A stretch of DNA of 63,310 bases, the filler included, from Asterionella formosa (lineage: Eukaryota): NCBI GenBank assembly GCA_002256025.1. It is 14 parts of 14 records of this genome, joined end to end, with 100 filler letters (N's around TTAATTAATTAA, not from the genome) between each part and the next. Parts side by side here need not be neighbours in the genome. Positions count along the whole stretch, not along the records: positions 46,487 to 63,310 come from NKIB01004723.1; 13 more parts are not named here. The stretch is one strand, 5' to 3'. The translations under genes and the position numbers were made by a program. Each line of letters starts with the position of its first letter. The first letter of the stretch is position 1. Shown piece by piece: positions 61,772-63,310 of the stretch. Below the pieces are notes generated by a model. That model worked only from the letters and a program-made list of their open reading frames with translations. It was not told where the DNA came from and made no database searches.

Positions 61772-63082
61772 TTTTTCTCTGACGAATGTTAGCTTCCAAG
61801 ATTTGGTAATAGCTGAGGAACAGCAAGAGATCGGTTAGAAAGAGGGACTTTGTACTGGATGAGAGTGAAGAGGCCGATGGTCATGGCGGACACTAAGCTA
61901 TTGTGATTACGTTTCAATAGATACGGGAGACTTACTAATGGTTAAATTTGGAGAGCAGAACCGGGATTTGTGTGCGATTTTGCAAGTGAAAGTGTCCAGG
62001 GCGCTGACAGTAATTGCTTGGGTATCTGCGAATATTTCTTGAAGATGAGGAATCAGTACACCTTTTAACCGATCTCGAATGGTCATTTCAACAAACGTTG
62101 TTTCAGTGAAGCTGGTACAGGTCGACCATGTACCGAACCGTATGCCGTATTGGCTACCTGCCCTTGCAGAAAAGTCGTCCGAGTCACGCGAAATCCTATT
62201 GACCGTCTTTTCTCATTACGAGTAGCGGTCCAATCTACAGCACTAATTTCAAAGCACCGATTCATTTAACGTGATACTACAGAGGAGTAATTTCCCTCAT
62301 TGGACTAAAACACCACTTTTCATTGGCGCATACAAAGGGCCGATCGAAACGGCGTCGCTTAAAAATCTTGGTTATACCGCGCAAGTTCATTCGAACTGTC
62401 GCATGATGAAGTACGTATATTGGGAGAAATCTGAAACATCCGTTCTCGTTACTCGATTCGATTTGATTGGTTGTATGGATAGCTAAGAAATTTGTTTAAC
62501 GATAACAAAAGACGAAGGTACGGGATCAGCGTAGCTGCTGCCAGGTGGCCATCCAATAGATACAATGGTACTTGGTACTGATCACGAGCAACCGTTTGGA
62601 TGGTCTTTGGCTTAAATATCATAGTTTCTACGTGTACCCCTAATTTCACGCGTTGCCAACAGAGGAAATTGCAGAAAAGACGGTTCTCACTATTGAGAAA
62701 GCAAAGCAAAATTGCTCATTTACCGAAACTTCCCCAGGGGGCACTGAGCGATAACGTGCATTCATATACTAAGATATGAATCAATAAGTAAATTTGAAAG
62801 TAGCAACAGATACCTGTTAGTTTGCACGTTCAGGACATTAAAAAGAGTTACCCCGGTAGACTAACTATGGCGAAAATCACAATAATGGTTGCTCTACGTT
62901 AAATAGATTATGATTATGTCGTACCATCCGAAACACTCTGGCCCTTCAGGTAAGCAAGACTCGGGACTGAATTGTCCTTCAACTGTGGAACTGTAACAAT
63001 GCTGTGTTCGTCGTTTGCTTTGCCCAATCAAATTCGTGGCTCTGTTACGTCATTTCCGTTGTTGAAATGAGGAAACAGTGCG

Positions 63083-63310
63083 TTAAGGTTCCTGCATTTG
63101 AACCCCTAGGCAAAAATTAAAATATTGCTTAGGGTTGCCGAAATTCCCTGGAACTAAGAATTTTTATGAGTTAATTTTGAATGACGTGATTCCAATTGAA
63201 ATATTTGAATCACTGGAAATTTGCGCGTACATACATAGATTCCTTTTCGAATTCAATAAATATATACATAAACGTTCTCCATCGCTCAATGTTTATATAC
63301 CCTATCATAC
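63083..63310 (+). mobile_element. Terminus of the TTAA-targeting element (second copy), running off the scaffold end
   Basis: TTAA (63083-63086) is followed by GGTTCCTGCATTTG..., and the segment is ~99% identical to the reverse complement of 25025-25252. Confidence 0.7.

Overview
Eukaryotic draft-genome sequence, most likely from a diatom. The inference rests on short GT-AG introns, a signal peptide followed by Phe at +1, RxL motifs, and diatom-type Copia integrase and HMG-box proteins. The window is not one locus. It is a concatenation of 14 unlinked pieces joined by artificial 100-nt N...TTAATTAATTAA...N spacers: three ~16.8-kb scaffolds (1148-18002, 27273-44096, 46487-63310) and eleven 1045-1047-nt contigs. 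About 11 host genes can be modelled: a plastid-targeted membrane protein, a Dispatched/Patched-family SSD protein, an RRM-CCCH protein, a PH-like protein, a GT-like/SGNH (TBL-type) protein, TAF11, a NYN-LOTUS protein, an HMG-box protein, a partial secreted protein and two hypotheticals. Intergenic DNA is rich in transposon debris: three Ty1/copia fragments, a LINE remnant, a decayed Plavaka-type transposase with a possible Ulp1-like partner, Harbinger and Kolobok-like pieces, several MITEs and a tRNA-headed SINE-like element. The most striking pattern is a window-wide set of short palindromic units (TA-CCGG-TA, TA-CCAGG-TA, TA-CCTGG-TA, TA-CCAG-TA) chained into arrays. They match the termini of resident TA-targeting MITEs and show filled/empty differences between repeat copies. 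I interpret them as stacked transposon excision footprints.
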